DNA of 64,000 bases, taken from assembly GCF_006345805.1 (NCBI RefSeq), contig NC_043019.1, positions 18,227,360 to 18,291,359 on the forward strand. The letters run 5' to 3'. Every line of letters begins with the position of its first letter. Position 1 is the stretch's first letter. The DNA comes from Octopus sinensis. Its lineage: Eukaryota. A program made the translations under genes and the position numbers. Below the pieces are notes generated by a model. It had not been told where the DNA came from and made no database searches. It was given only the letters and a program-made list of their open reading frames with translations. This document shows, piece after piece, positions 24,813 to 36,788 of the stretch.

Positions 24813-26397
24813 CTGGAAACACAAAAATCAATGCATTAATATTTTTATAATCATCAATCATAGATACAACAGTTTAAAGGGTTTGTGGAGATCTCACCAA
24901 TGACCAACTAATCTAATGTCTGGTATTTCAAAAGTAACCAAAATAGGTGTGCTTGTATAAAATCTTTAAAGCTCAAAAACTGACAACAAACATTTTAACT
25001 GAAAAAATTGGAAGTAAACAGGTTTCTTTTTATTTCCTCCCTGTATTCATTGATTTTCAAAAAAAAAAAAAAAAAAGACTGAAGCAGGCATTTCCAATGC
25101 TTTTAACAAAGTTTGTTTATAGAGAGAGAGATGTGCTGAAAATGCCACTCCTAATACAAAATGCTGTGTAACTCTGCACATGAATAAGACGGCCATAAAA
25201 CTGTCAGGAAGATTGGAAGAGGTCAACAGAATCCAGTTTAGCAAACAGATAAGGCATGAGTGAGTGTACTGGAGGGGGGGGATACCTGCTTGTAGAATGG
25301 CTGTGCTGGACCTTTCCTACAGCAGTCTCACTGGTATTATACCAGACAAACTGCAGTGCTCGCTCGTCTGTGAGGCATCAACACAAATGGGTGAAAAAAA
25401 AACAACACTAAAAGCTGTGAAATAAAAGCAGAAAAAGATGTGTTGACCTTCATGCCTTTTCAAGAGACATTAGCAATGAGTGAGACTGCTAGACAATGGC
25501 CATTTGAACTGAAGTGGACACCTTGTGCAGGACAGTCGAATGGCTTCTAATTTCAGGCTGCCAATACCTTAATGTTGACCACTCTCCCAGAAAATCACCA
25601 TCAATCTTTCTATATAACTTATAACCACAAGCCATGAATGTTTTGGGAGTTTTCTGAAGATTTAGCAAATAGAAACATCATTTAATGCCCACTTTTCCAT
25701 ACTTTTAGGGGTCAGAAAGGATCTCTTGAGGTAGATTTTCTACAACCTGATGCTCTTCTCGCTTCCAAGTAAAATATTTTCTTATAGGCTAGACTTTTTT
25801 TTTTCTTTCATGAAACATTTGAAGTTAAACCTTGCTAGCGATATGGAAAAGTGGATGTGAAATGATGTATTAGAAACACACACAAGCACGGAGGAGACTT
25901 CACTCCAATATTATAAATCTAATCCCTACTGATACAAATCTGCCCTTCCCTTCCATGCTTCAATTGTTGGGCGGAATTTTGTTGAGGCAGTTTCTCTTAC
26001 AGCTGGATGCTCTTCCTGTCACCAACTCACCAACTTCCAGGAAAGGTAATATTTCTCCACGACCAGACAACTCGTGATGTCAAGGTAAGCATATTTCCAC
26101 AAACACAACAGGCTTCCTTCAGTTTTCCCCTCTACCAAACGCACTCAGGCCATATTGGAAAACACTGGCCCTAGATGCCATGCAGTGGGACCGAAGCCAA
26201 AACCATGAGATGGAGAAGCAAGCCTCTAATAACAAAGCCACACCTATAATCAATCACACTTTATAACCATCGTCAATGTAGTTAATCAAGAGAAACATTT
26301 GATATCAAAGACAAATATTTTTTTCCTTTTTTAACCAAAGACTTTCTAATTAAAAGTGGTTGGGGAGATAGAAATAGTAAAAAACAAATATACAGAC

Positions 26398-26495
26398 CTA
26401 TTTTGGCTTCTATAACCGAAATTGCTGCTTTGAAATTCTCTACTGCAGAATCATGGTTACTAGCAAACACATGGACTAACCCCAATTGGTAATAA
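26398..26495 (-). CDS. NASP: NASP coding exon 9 (YYQLGLVHVFASNHDSAVENFKAAISVIEAKI), TPR4
   Basis: Acceptor CTTTCAG, donor G|GTCTGT; 98 nt; matches [29 protein letters not shown]. Confidence 0.93.
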
Positions 26496-27799
26496 CTGAA
26501 AGATTGTTAAAGAATCTATAAACATCCAGGGAGGGTCGTCTCAGAGAGACTAACATACGTGTATAGGCACAACTGCTCCTTATTTTCCCAAGTAAAACCA
26601 TCTTCCTTACACCACTCCAAATCATGAAGATACTAATTTATTTTTAAAAATCAGATTAAATTCATAAAATGCTTGCCTGTACCCAAAGGACAGTGAGAGG
26701 TTAAGATACTAAAGCACAAGATGCTACAAGGTCAAGTGTTCAAATCCTATTAAACCCATATTGTGCCCCTGAACAAATGCCAGTCTTCTTTAAACCTCAC
26801 AGTGTCAGATTTCTGTTGAAATATGACTGCCCAGTTTCAATTGGTTTAAAGAATCTTAATAAATCAACTCATTATTAAGCTATTCTGTAGATCTTGGAAA
26901 ACAAAAACCGCTTTCAATTAGCAGTAAAATTAAGCATTTGGAGACCACCACTATACATACATACACGAGATAAAGAAGCCCTCACTGGTGCCCTGTGTTA
27001 GTATTATCATTATCTCTGATTAGCAGATCTTGTAAAATGTTGGCAACTTTAGATTGACTTATCTCAGACACCTGAGCAATAACAATCTGCTCATTCTTGC
27101 CAGGTAGGAGGACTGAAAGAGGGAGAAAAACAAAAAACAGTGGATTTTTGTTGAGATTTCCTTTACCATAACATGAAGCTAATGAAAAACAGAAATTAAT
27201 CCGTCTAAAGAACCAATGTATTGTAAATAGCTTTACAAATTCATATCTAAAGAAATAGACTGAAGAACTAATGAGAGTGATTATCGAATTCTCCCTCGTT
27301 TATCACAGATCCAGGATAACATGGTACGCTGAGTAGTGAACCATGTTACCAATTATCATGGATTGATCTTGGATAACACAGGTTCACATTCAGTCAAATA
27401 TTCTGCTTGTATTACAAAAATGTACCCCAGCAACCATCTAGAATACACCGACTATCACTCGTGTTTTACATGACAATGTTTGGAGGCTGCATATTTGTAC
27501 CCATCAACACGGGACTAGTGAATAGGAAATATATGAAGGTACCTCAGCCTAACAAATGATGCAGGTGAGTTTATTCTCTAAAGGAAAAGGTTGAGATTAT
27601 CCAGAAACTACAGGATGAAAGTTTCGTAGCTATGAGCAAATAAATCTACCATTTGTTCTAATTACAAAGTGAATGGAGGTGGTTCATTTATTGGGAACTG
27701 AACCCCCGAACAAACCACATTTTATTGACTTCCCTACTTATGAAAAAACCCTTATTTTTCTGTTATTTTCAAAGAGGAGGAGGGGAAAAAAAAGGATAC
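26496..27799 (-). other. U12-type (minor spliceosome) GT-AG intron, NASP intron 8
   Basis: The 5' splice site reads GTATCCTTTT (U12 consensus RTATCCTTT). The 3' end reads TTCTTTAAC-AATCTTTCAG, a near-consensus U12 branch site (TTCCTTAAC) 10 nt from the AG with no long pyrimidine tract. Confidence 0.85.
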
Positions 27800-27890
27800 G
27801 TTTCAGCTATTTCTCTTTCCTCTGGATTTAAATGTTCTTTCTGAATTTTAAGACATTCTTTGATATCTTCCACTGCCAAATCATAGAGAC
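27800..27890 (-). CDS. NASP: NASP coding exon 8 (GLYDLAVEDIKECLKIQKEHLNPEEREIAE-T)
   Basis: Acceptor GGTTGCAG, donor GTATCCTTT; 91 nt; matches [30 protein letters not shown]. Confidence 0.93.
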
Positions 27891-28940
27891 CTGCAACCAG
27901 AGAAAGTAAAGGAAAAAAAGATAAATAATGACAAAATTTCTTTGTAAATAAGTCCAATGGAATGACTGGCAATTACTAGTCAATATCTTTTGACACAAAC
28001 TTATCAAAATCACTAAACATTTTAAACACTTTTTTATGGTGGTGTGTAGGTGGAAGGAGGAAGTTTAGGACACAACAAGAATGGGTTGGGGGTACTTAAG
28101 TGATGGAAGGACATGGCCAGTCTGTTCCAAGGAGCAGAGACCATTATAATAGTGAAAGAAAAGGCAGAGAGAGAGGAGACAATATTCCTGTTGGCCCAGA
28201 AAATAGAGTGCATTCATTAGTGATAGAATACTAATTAGTTAAGTGGCCTTTTCAGGATACAAGTTGAATATTATTTCAGTAAACATTTTAGATTATTTTG
28301 AAAATTAAATCACAAAAAAAGGCAGAATGATGTCCTTAGAATGTTGCCAGTGACAAAAGTAATTGACTAATTTGTTTGGATTATTAAAGCAACAAGCTGA
28401 CAGAATTTCTAACGAGTTGCACCAAATATTTAACGGTATTTCCTCTGGTTCTTTATGTTCAGAGTTGAAAATTCCACCAAGGTCAACTTAGCCTTTTATC
28501 TGTTTGGAGGTCAATAAAATAAAGTACCAGTCTCACAATGGGGTCCATGTAATTGACTTCTCTCTCGCTTAAAATTGCAGGCCTTGAGCCAAAATTAAAG
28601 ACTTATTAGTATTAGCACTCTAATTAGTAATAATAATGGATTCTCAGCCCTAGGTGAAGAAAGGGCCCCCATGCCCAACAGTGGGCTTAAAGAATGCAGC
28701 AGAAAAAGCAATATTCCATTGACCCCTGAGAATCAAGAATTGAAAAATCATTTTGAATATTCAAGACAACTTCTGCAGGAAATATTTCCACTTCTGGATG
28801 ACTGATATAACAACATCAACTGTGTCATTAGTCATGGAACGTTTACTAAATAAGCCCAGGTGGCAGGCAACTAAACCACGACCATCAAGGTAACCTGACA
28901 GAACAAAGGAAATTTTAATGACTTTTTCTCAGGAACTCAC

Positions 28941-29014
28941 CAGTTTCCAAACCGACTTCGCCCAGCTTTAAGTAGGCTTGTGCTGCCTTCAATTGGGATT
29001 CTTTATCTTTTCTC
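28941..29014 (-). CDS. NASP: NASP coding exon 7 (RKDKESQLKAAQAYLKLGEVGLET), SHNi-TPR
   Basis: Acceptor TTTTTCAG, donor GTGAGT; 74 nt; matches AQAHLKLGEVSVES. Confidence 0.95.
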
Positions 29015-29749
29015 CTGAAAAACAATTACACAAGAGCAGAAATTTCAATAATCAAAGACAAAAAAAAATTCTTAAAACTATTTTTTTAAATTCCAGCCTA
29101 ATTTCGAACACCCCCTCATCCCACAATAGCAATCGACTCAAAAGTGATTTTTAATTAAGTAATTAATATAAACTCATTACATGAACACTTTTGTGATATT
29201 CAGTTCTAGTTTGATAGAACACCTATTTTAAAAACCATTATTTTAGCAAATAACTCCCCTGTTATTCTATGAAGCTGATATTTGGAATGTATTTTATTAA
29301 GCCTGCCACCTGTAAATTTTTGGCCCTTAAAAAATATAAACATTGTATTCTCATGAAAAATATAGTTGAGCAAGGGTTTACATAATTGTAGGATAATTAA
29401 GGAAACCTTAGCTTCTAAACAAAGAATGGATTTAAGATCATAAACTTGTGTTGTCTGGATGGAAAAAAATCAGAAAGTAAAAGTTAGAAGAAACCTAACA
29501 GCGTATCTGGCAAAGTGAGCGGCAGAGCGCCAACCAATGTACCAGCAACTCATTGCAAGTGGAGAGTAACCAAAATGTGAAAACTAGAGACCCCTTTATA
29601 TTACACCTGTTCATTGGATGACAAATTACATGTCTAAGTAAGGTCTCCCACTAGAGCACCACATCAAGTTTTCTATTTATGTTAAACAGTCTTAAAGATA
29701 AGCAGGGTTTTTTTTTTCCTTTTAGCATTTACAGATAAGTATTCTCAGT

Positions 29750-30400
29750 GAAGCCCATCCAGCACATTTCATTTCTTCTATGTCCATTAACAGACAGAAG
29801 AACAGAAGTGTTCAAAGACTTGGATACTTCATCTGAGAATGGCCAATATATCCAACATGAGAAGGCAATGTTGTATGTTGGACACATGATGAGATGTGTA
29901 CAATTACATGGTCACAATTCAGAACATTTAAAGCTCCTTCAACCTGGAACGAGTCATTTCCAGTTTATTTGTTCAGATGCTACAAACAACACCTAAGGAG
30001 ACCGTACCAGCTAAGTATCACATTAACTAGGCTCCACCCTACCACTGGATCAATTGCAGAGCCTTTTAGAAAGGGAATGACAGGGACCAGCACAGCTGAG
30101 CTCTGTGGAAACCCCATACAACTGAGGACCTTCCCTTTCTAATGAAACGTATAGCTTACTGCAGAGACAGTTCAAGTGGAATCTATTGAGATCAAACAGT
30201 CCACATCTCCAGATCACCACAAAGAAAAGTTAACAGATCTGTAGACTTCCAACTTTATTTTCAGGCTGAATATCCATTCTGCTGATGCTTTTGGCAATTC
30301 TGCTGTTGACAATGGGGACAATTCCTGAGAGGATGCTACCAAAGTATCGGCAACTATCTCGCATGCACAAACCCCAAAAGCCCACCCTATTACATCAACC
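29750..30400 (-). mobile_element. RTE (BovB-like) LINE 3' remnant in NASP intron 6
   Basis: Minus-strand YFGSILS, VNSRIAKAS, ISLKIKLEVYRSV and LNRFHLNCL. Confidence 0.65.
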
Positions 30401-30759
30401 CTTGGACATTACCATTTCAAATCCTAAGATTAAGACCATTTACTCCATTTCCATGGTGTGTAAGTGACCAAAATCATAACATTCCTCACCAAACAAGATG
30501 CCAGTCCACTACAGGGTTATTCATCTACAACTGGAGCATTATGAAATGAAGGGTTTTATTCAAAAACACAATGCAACTGCATGGTGTGGGAATTGAAACC
30601 AGAATCTTGCAATCATGAGTGCAACACTAACTACTAGGCCACACTGTCTGCATAACACGTAAACCATACTGGATTATATCACACACACACAGTGTTACTG
30701 CACATAGCCTAGCACTGGTGCATTTCACTAATACAGTAACAGTTTTACTATACCATAAC

Positions 30760-31070
30760 TGGAACTACTCTGTTGGTTAGAATTACGAGGGTTCCAGGGG
30801 ATCCGATCAATGGAACAGTCTGCTCAGGGAAATTAACATGCAAGTGGCTGAGCACACCACAGACATGTGAACCCTTAACGTAGTTCTTGGGGAGATTCAG
30901 CAATGACACAGAATATGACAAGGCTGGGCCCCTTTGAATTACAGGTAAAACTCATTTTTGCCAGCTGAGTGAACTGGAGCATCATGAAGTGAAGTGTCTT
31001 GCTCAAGGACACACCATTCCACTGAGAATCAAAGTCATGAGCTGACTACCTCAACCACTGAGCCATGTAC
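30760..31070 (-). mobile_element. tRNA-derived SINE (family C)
   Basis: Minus strand GTGTCCTTGAGCAAGACACTTCAC...TGCTCCAGTTCACTCAGCTGGCAAAAATGAG; a plus-strand piece of the same family lies at 63935-64000. Confidence 0.65.
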
Positions 31071-31268
31071 CTTCACCACCACCACCATAGCAGCAGCAAT
31101 TCAATTATTCTTCCCCCCCCCCATAAGCAGTAGCGCCAAGGCATTGTTTTATGCCTTCATTTACTTGGGAGAGAAAAGTGAATCAGCCAACACAGTTTCA
31201 AATATATAAACAGACACACATGCAATGAAAAAAGGGGGAAAAACAAACAACAATAATAATAGACCTAC

Positions 31269-31342
31269 TTTAAATATATTATTTTAGCAAGTTCCAGACT
31301 CTCCCAGGCCAATTGGAGATTTGTAACATCATTACCAGCATC
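31269..31342 (-). CDS. NASP: NASP coding exon 6 (DAGNDVTNLQLAWESLELAKIIYL-K)
   Basis: Acceptor TTTCAAAG, donor GTAGGT; 74 nt; matches NLELAWDMLDLAKIIF of vertebrate NASP. Confidence 0.95.
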
Positions 31343-32649
31343 CTTTGAAATAGAAAAGTTACTAAATATCATCAGACAGTTGATACAGTGACCTGTCAGT
31401 GGTTGGAGAGGAAGGGCTGGAGTGAGACAGGGGAGGGCATGGAGGAATCGAAATGCAAGAAATGCACAACAGCTGTGAGGCCCAATGTCAGCACAATCAA
31501 TGTGGTGATGTTGAGTAACCTCTAAGATACACAATTGAAATCGCTTCTGCCCAGACTAAAAGAAAATTACTGGATCACTGAACGACAAGAGTAAGAACAA
31601 CAACATAGACTCTAAAAAGTTCGATGAGAGGCATGGGGATGGTTGTGTGGTTAAGAAGCTCACTTAGCAACCATGTGGTTTGGGGTTCAGTCCCAATGCA
31701 TGGAACCTTCAGTAAATGTTTTCTATTGTAGTCTACCAATTTCATTCACAAGGCTTTGGTTGACTTGGAGCTGTGTGGAGGACCATCGAGAGAGAGTGTC
31801 TGTATGATCACTCCACTGATTGGATACCAGCGATGGTTCATTTACATCCCTGTAACAATGGTTCAGCAAAAGAGACATAGAAGACAAAGCTGTGAACTGG
31901 GGTCAAATTGTTTGACTACATCCTTCAAGGTGGTGCTCCAGCATGGTCACAGCCCAGTGAGTGAAACAAAGAAAAGATAACTGCTATTGTGAAATTCAGC
32001 CAAGTTGAATTTCTCCGAGAGAGGTTTCTGGTTGAAAGGATTCACTGGTCAGTCAGAGAATCCTTAACACATATACAATCACAACACCACAATCCACTGA
32101 AAACTAGTCGACATGCTCGGACAACAATGTCGCAGCCTGACACCTGGTTCCCTGTAACCTTATTCTGCTAGGAGATGCAACATCCTGTTCCGACCGAGGA
32201 ACCCTCACCCATCTACTTTAACAACTGACCAACACTGAACAGTCCATCTTTAAACGATGAGGATTTTAATAGACTTTTTACATAAAAACAGAATCCTGTC
32301 ATGGACGATTTGCTTTAATGTTAATCTTAAATTTCTGGGAATGAAAGGTCCTCATGTAATCAGAACCAGCTTCTATTAAAAAAAAAAAAAAAAAAAAAAA
32401 AAGATTAAGTATAAAATTCAGTAAAAAACACTCACACTCGTAATGGAAGGATGGGTGAGCGAGCAGAGATTTATGGAAGAGAATGTGTTGAAGGCTTGCT
32501 GATGCTTAACAAGTCCAATTTCAAACTATGAGGAATGAGCAGAAGCTGGTCAGTGTCCTTGTTTTACCTCCCTTTTCTTTTATCTTTGAAAAAGGCTTTT
32601 GTCCAGAGGATAGTGAGATATCAGGTTTCACGATCAGTGGCATGAACAG

Positions 32650-33500
32650 ACCACTGGTGGTGGTCAATGTGGCAGCAGCAAGGGTTTTCTTCGGAAAGTC
32701 CTTGTATCTCTCCCTTGGTGCTTCCCTATCACAGTGACCAGAGGAGAGTTCACAATACAGTAGGGTCTCAGGAGGATGAGGTTTATCCTTTGCACAGGTC
32801 ATGTCCTACCAAGCAGTTAGAATCTGACCTCTATGTCTTCAGAAGGGATCAAAAGTACTTATGATTGAAACAACACCTGGCAGTAAAACACTGGCCCAAT
32901 AGGTTTTGTCCAACTATACCCCGGTCACACTATTATGCAGTTTGTACACAAGCATCAGGCACTCAACTTCACCAGCCTGTTCTTCGTCTGGCCACTTCAC
33001 TTTCATAACACCCCACTGTTTAAAAGATCCCATCAACCACTTCAGGAAGACTTCTGGACATTATTTTCTGAGGATTCTTCCAGACTTCTATTGATTCCAC
33101 ATTTTCCTCCTAGGTTTCTTATTTTTGGAAATCTCCTATAGATTCCACCATAAGAGCTAAGTTACTGCATGGAAATGGCCTTTGACAGAATTACACGTAG
33201 GGGTAGCAAACTGAGGAGGCACTAATTTGACAGAGCTTTGTTTACTATTCTTAACAAGTCAACCAACACCAGAGAAGCTCCTTCAATTGTACAATCTTAC
33301 TTCAGCCTTGATGAAGCAGAGCTATGATGAAAGATATTGTCAATTAAGGGCTACATTTTCTAAAGGGTTCATCTTTGAAGAGGGAAGGATCCGAGATGTG
33401 ATTACTATCATCTCTAGGAAGTCAAGTACAGGGACCCCAATATTGGTTCATGGCTCTTAATTGTTTAGTCTCAGATCATCTTTGCTGGAAGAGTCTTATG
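32650..33500 (-). mobile_element. CR1/L2-like LINE 3' remnant in NASP intron 5
   Basis: Decayed RLYN*RSF and LMLVYKLHN (DLI.VYKIL.G-like) segments; clade assignment is tentative. Confidence 0.4.
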
Positions 33501-33831
33501 AACAAAGGGATTCTAGTCATAATGATACAGTCTATTTCTAGGAGTGCTTGAACAACAGCAACTAATTTGTGCACTAACATACACACACAATCTAGGTTGA
33601 CAAAGAAAAAGAGATAGAAAGAGGTGATGAATTTCTTGTCCAAGTTTGTTGCCTAGACAAGGATTCATTGCCACCAATCAATGAAAAAATAGTCACTGGT
33701 GTTGCAAATAGCCATCTGGCTGAATAAAAATCCGATATATACAAAGCAATATTTAAAATAGCCATCTATGCATCATGATGTACGCATACTGTTGTGATGG
33801 CCAAACACTCGGTTAATTAAGTGAAGGAACA

Positions 33832-34150
33832 TTAACCCTTTCATTACTATAGTTCTAACCAAAATACACCCCTCATGAGTTTCAATTAAATTCTAAAATA
33901 ATCATGAATTTAGGCTTGTTTTATTAAATAACTAACTATTTTACTTATCAACATATTAATGTGATATTTGGAACATAATTAAAGAAAGGGTTCTTAATCA
34001 ATTCTATTGCATAACTTTTGTTTACAGGTAAATTGAGCAAAAGGTAAAAATATTAAAATTTTGTTTAAACATCACCATAGAAAATGAATCATCAGCTAAT
34101 ATTCAAATGGGTATGCAACAAAATTTTGATAAAGAAGAATTGTGCACATC
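33832..34150. mobile_element. Possible piggyBac-like MITE (TTAA-CCCTTT end)
   Basis: Starts TTAACCCTTT; a similar end at 22172 and AAGGGTTAA-type ends near 16955 and 19450; the second terminus is not clearly paired. Confidence 0.3.
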
Positions 34151-34572
34151 ACTATATCATCAGTTGAATTTAATGCACAACAGGTGTACCATAAAGGTGG
34201 AATAAAGTGAAATACTGGAATCCACCGTAAGTTTGACCGAACTAAAGAAATCGGTCAAAAAATAATATAAGGCCCTGGTTATGGTATGGAAGTGATAAAT
34301 TCCAGACCACATCATTCCCTAGGCCATGCTGACTAACATTATTTTCCCTGTATAAAAACTAAATCCACAGCAGTACTCAGTATTTGCTTCACAAATTTTC
34401 CAAACTTTGATCCCCCATTCTGTGTTTGTTTACAATCTGCGTAAATTTGTTTCCAAAGTGATCGCTTAAAACAAGCATACTGAAAAAAAATAAAGTCTAA
34501 TGGTTTCACTTCCTAAGAAAGACTATAGATAAACTATCTCCTCAGAAAAATTGCTAATAAAAACATTTTTAC

Positions 34573-34608
34573 TTCATTCCGATGTAAAATCGTCTTTGCT
34601 GTCGCCAT
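34573..34608 (-). CDS. NASP: Candidate alternative first coding exon of NASP inside intron 5 (MATAKTILHRNE)
   Basis: Strong start context GCGGCGATGGCG, 12 open codons, donor GAA|GTAAAA in phase 0 matching the exon 6 acceptor; sits in a local CpG-rich patch. No transcript evidence available. Confidence 0.45.
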
Positions 34609-35189
34609 CGCCGCTTTGTTTCTTCAGAATCGCTGCTTTCGGTTAACGGATAAAAAAATATCCTATTCATTATTGTACACCACGTGCTTTTGTACCTCAT
34701 TCATTCTTTTTCTCGATATCTCCCTATTTTCCATTGAAAAAGCTTTAAATTCGGAATCAATGCTTGATAACATCAAACTCCTATCCATTTTCAAAGTTGA
34801 AGAAAAATCGATGCCGAAAAAAATGTGGAAAAAAATCTCCCAAAATTCACTGAGTTGAGATATCACGTCAAGCAATGTCGGATACTATAACCCAACTATT
34901 TACAAAGTGAAATCACGTGTTTTAACGAATGTACCAACGAGATTTGGGTTCAAATTTACATTTAAATAACAATAGGTTCTCTCGGCCAGATTGGTATTAT
35001 GAACCAAAATATTTTTGGTTAGTAACGAAAGAGCCCAATATGTAAAATAATGGTGTGAAGAGAGAAGGTAAACATAAGATCAAAGAATGAAATAGTAGCA
35101 CAGAGAACTTAAGTATTTAGGGTCAGTATTGAGGGGAAAGGGAGAAGAAAGTGCATGCAAGCACTTGGGACTACCAAAATGGAACTCAC

Positions 35190-35347
35190 ATGTTCATCTT
35201 CATCTGGATCCTTTTCTTCTGGTTTCTCCTGGTTTTCAACTGCCTCATCTTGTGAGGAAAGAGACTCTGAATTGTCTGTCCGATCTTCATCTCCAGTTCC
35301 TTCATCCTCTTTGGAAGCAGCTTTAGAAGAAGCACCATCATCTTTTT
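35190..35347 (-). CDS. NASP: NASP coding exon 5, acidic region (EKDDGASSKAASKEDEG...DPDEDEH)
   Basis: Acceptor TTTCTAACAG, donor GTGAGT; 158 nt; ends in phase 0. Confidence 0.9.
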
Positions 35348-35732
35348 CTGTTAGAAACATGCATATGCAGACATGCTTATATATATATATATCTAAATAT
35401 TACAGAAACGAATTCAGGAACAAAATTGGTGCCACTCCTTAATCAGGTTACAGAAATGCTTACATGGAGGAAATTGGTTGCAAAAGCTAAAAGATTACCC
35501 AGAAGATATTGGTAACACTACAGGACAGATGTAGTTAAGTCGAATCTCCATGAGCATTTTTCATTTAAGAATCAAAACAACAGACAGTACAATGTTTGAT
35601 TTAGTCTTCCACAGATCATTATGGTCATGTCACAAGTTCCACAACTCATCCTGTACCTCTTAACTCTCTTTTTCTGCCCCACTCTAAACAAAATATAAAG
35701 TACGACTGGAAAAAGCCTTCAACCAACATATA

Positions 35733-35917
35733 CAGGGGGGTGGCAGAAGTAACACCCTTTCACATTCAATAACTTTTATAATAAATGTTTATTAAGTAAT
35801 TTTTTTTTTAACACAAACTTATTGCATTACTTAAAGAAATGAATAAGAAACTAATGAAAAAAAGTCCATTAAAACTAGAAAACTCAAAGAAAAGGATGTT
35901 ACTTCTGCCACACCCTG
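35733..35917. mobile_element. Tc1/mariner-type MITE (185 bp) in NASP intron 4
   Basis: TIRs CAGGGGGGTGGCAGAAGTAACACC / GGATGTTACTTCTGCCACACCCTG, TA on both flanks. Confidence 0.85.
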
Positions 35918-36692
35918 TATATCAGCTATTATTATTATTATTATTATTATATAGAGAGGTTTGCGTCTCAATGTGTACACATATGCACAATGGCACTGTC
36001 CCAGTGCGAGTTAAAATCACAACTTACTAAGTTACATCAGAAGACAATCAGAGACTGAGGTTTTGACTTCTAAGTAAAATTGCTGTCTTCCACACAGAGA
36101 GGATTGTCCTTTTCGGGTGGTGGTGCCACATAAATGCATGCATACCAGTGGCATGTAAAAAAAAGCACTCAGCACAGTTAAGTGGTTGGATTAGGAAGGA
36201 CATCCAGATGTAGAAATCATGTGACAACAGACAATTGGAGTGTGGACAACTCCTTGGCTGGTCAGCTCCCTGTCAATCTGTCTGAACCATGCCAGCATGG
36301 AAAGCGGATGATGGTGAGGGTGGATTCCTCTAAGAACTGTTCCCAACTTCACAAATTGCATTCTTATTAACTGTAACATCTACCTCCTGACTTTGCTAAA
36401 TTCCAGTCTACATAAAAAACATGGAATGAATTCTCTGGCACTGCCATTCCATTTAGAAATCCATAATTTTGCAATGCTGATGTACTTTAAAGATTTTGTT
36501 TCTGAGCAGCAGTTTTAAATATGAAATATTTGCTTCAGAAACCCACAAATTGTAAACAAAAAATTTGGTTACATGTGTAAACAAGGGATGGTGGCTGAAT
36601 GGATTAAGAATCTGCCAAATTACCTTCTCTACCATTTGAAAAGAAGTGTTTCCATTGTTAAGAAACAGACATTCAATGGAATGGAAACTTAC

Positions 36693-36788
36693 CTGAATCT
36701 TTTTCTGATTTCTCATTTTCTCCATCATCTCCTTCCTCTTCATCATCATCATCGTCGTCTTCCTCCTCTTCAGCAGCAGCTGCTTCAG
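36693..36788 (-). CDS. NASP: NASP coding exon 4, acidic region (AEAAAAEEEEDDDDDDEEEGDDGENEKSEKDS)
   Basis: Acceptor TTCTGTAG, donor GTAAGT; 96 nt, phase 1 to 1; D/E-rich insert typical of the interrupted TPR2. Confidence 0.9.
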
